Assembly (NCBI GenBank): GCA_004431415.1
Contig: QPMI01000582.1
Span: forward strand, 1 to 64,000
DNA length: 64,000 nt
Origin: Cyanophora paradoxa CCMP329
Taxonomy: Eukaryota > Plantae > Glaucophyta
Direction: 5' to 3'
Of the stretch, positions 62,991-64,000 are shown one piece after another. Each line of letters starts with the position of its first letter. Position 1 is the first letter of the stretch. A program made the position numbers and the translations under genes. The notes below the pieces were generated by a model, which had not been told where the DNA came from, did not search any database, and saw nothing but the letters and a program-made list of their open reading frames with translations.

Positions 62991-64000
62991 ATTGATTTAT
63001 GCGTCGCGAGTGCAGATCTGGACAAATGAGAAATGGGGCTTGATTCTGCGCCCTCATGGGCTGTTGGAATTTCGAGTGCAAGCTCGACATTGAGTTCAGG
63101 TCCGCAGAGATCCACTGCAGTGGAGTTCCATTTCCATTCGCGGCACACAACATTGCCGACTATTCCCGGGACGTGGTATCGGCAGGCTGCGTGGAAGGTG
63201 AGCACATGTCTATGAATCTATGATGACCTGCGTTACGCTTACAGGTTCACGCAAAGCTCGTGACTGTGCCGCCTGGCTTACATGTCGTACTGGCATTGCC
63301 TCTGAGTCACTGGCATGTTCGCGATTGACTGTTTCGAGAATTATCTCAATGACGGGGTGCAAATTTGAAAAATATTTTTGTACCTGCTCTCTTTGCTCTG
63401 CTGCGCTGCACACGGGCAGCATTTGATGTAACAGATGTAGGGGATGCGGGCAGCAACGTTGACTTTGATGGTTGTTCGCGTTCTAAAACCGAGTTAAGAG
63501 TATAGAGTTATGCAATTAACTTACATAATATGTATACCCTTTTCTGTTGCAGGAACCCTCGGAATTGTCATGTCTTCACGCGTAGATCGATTTTCAATGT
63601 CTACATTTTCTCGATCAATGTGAACACGCGGTGGTGATAGAGTGCGTGCACGACGTCTGCGTGCCATCAAATCTGCGTCATGTTCCGATGGTTCTTCTGC
63701 ATTGGGCTCCGGTCTGCGATCATCTCTGACTGGCTCCGTGATGGCCATGGGATGGGCACGGTTCGACACATGCGCTTGTAAATTTTCAGTAATTTGTGCT
63801 CGTGGTTATTTAGAAGGAATTTCAATGCGCACTTGCAGAGGTGGGAATTATGACCATATAGACGAAGAGACAGAGCAACAATATTCCGACTGCAGCCGGT
63901 AATGTCCAGTGAGGTGCTGGGGTCTGGATATGCTCAACATACGGCGCATCCGCAGGGAGGGCAAATGCAAGATTTTTCTGATTCCCTGACAGCGTCAATG

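Larger units (their letters stand above)
53209..64000 (-). mobile_element. Autonomous-type Helitron2/Helentron-like element (5' end not seen in window)
   Basis: The RepHel gene reads toward the subTIR + hairpin + CTTG end at 53209. Confidence 0.85.

Overview
GC-rich, intron-rich eukaryotic (probably protist) genomic DNA dominated by nested mobile elements. (1) A giant minus-strand host gene for a signal-peptide-bearing fibronectin-type-III repeat protein (ATG 31677, running to at least 8736) is interrupted inside exons twice. (2) The first interruption is the end of an AT-richer, intronless endogenous virus-like element (1-8735). It carries a frame-disrupted fibre/LamG-like gene and two paralogous 281-aa fibre-like genes, and ends in a perfect 28-bp-stem hairpin. 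(3) The second is a 10.9-kb element (15680-26579, AAA target duplication, no real TIRs). It encodes a spliced RAG1/Transib-like DDE transposase tail-to-tail with a BAH-domain gene, the position RAG2L occupies in ProtoRAG, and removing it restores an FN3 domain in frame. (4) 33362-51199 is a head-to-tail array of eight non-autonomous Helitron2/Helentron-like units with cargo: a helicase fragment, a tRNA-SINE and a unique 1.2-kb insert. It faces a second array that includes the 3' part of a RepHel-encoding element with a G3BP-type NTF2-like domain upstream. Comparing array paralogues reveals a recurrent 6-bp XYZ-revcomp-XYZ scar, the footprint expected from hairpin-mediated excision of a 3-bp-TSD element. 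All protein assignments come from motif recognition by eye; no searches were run.
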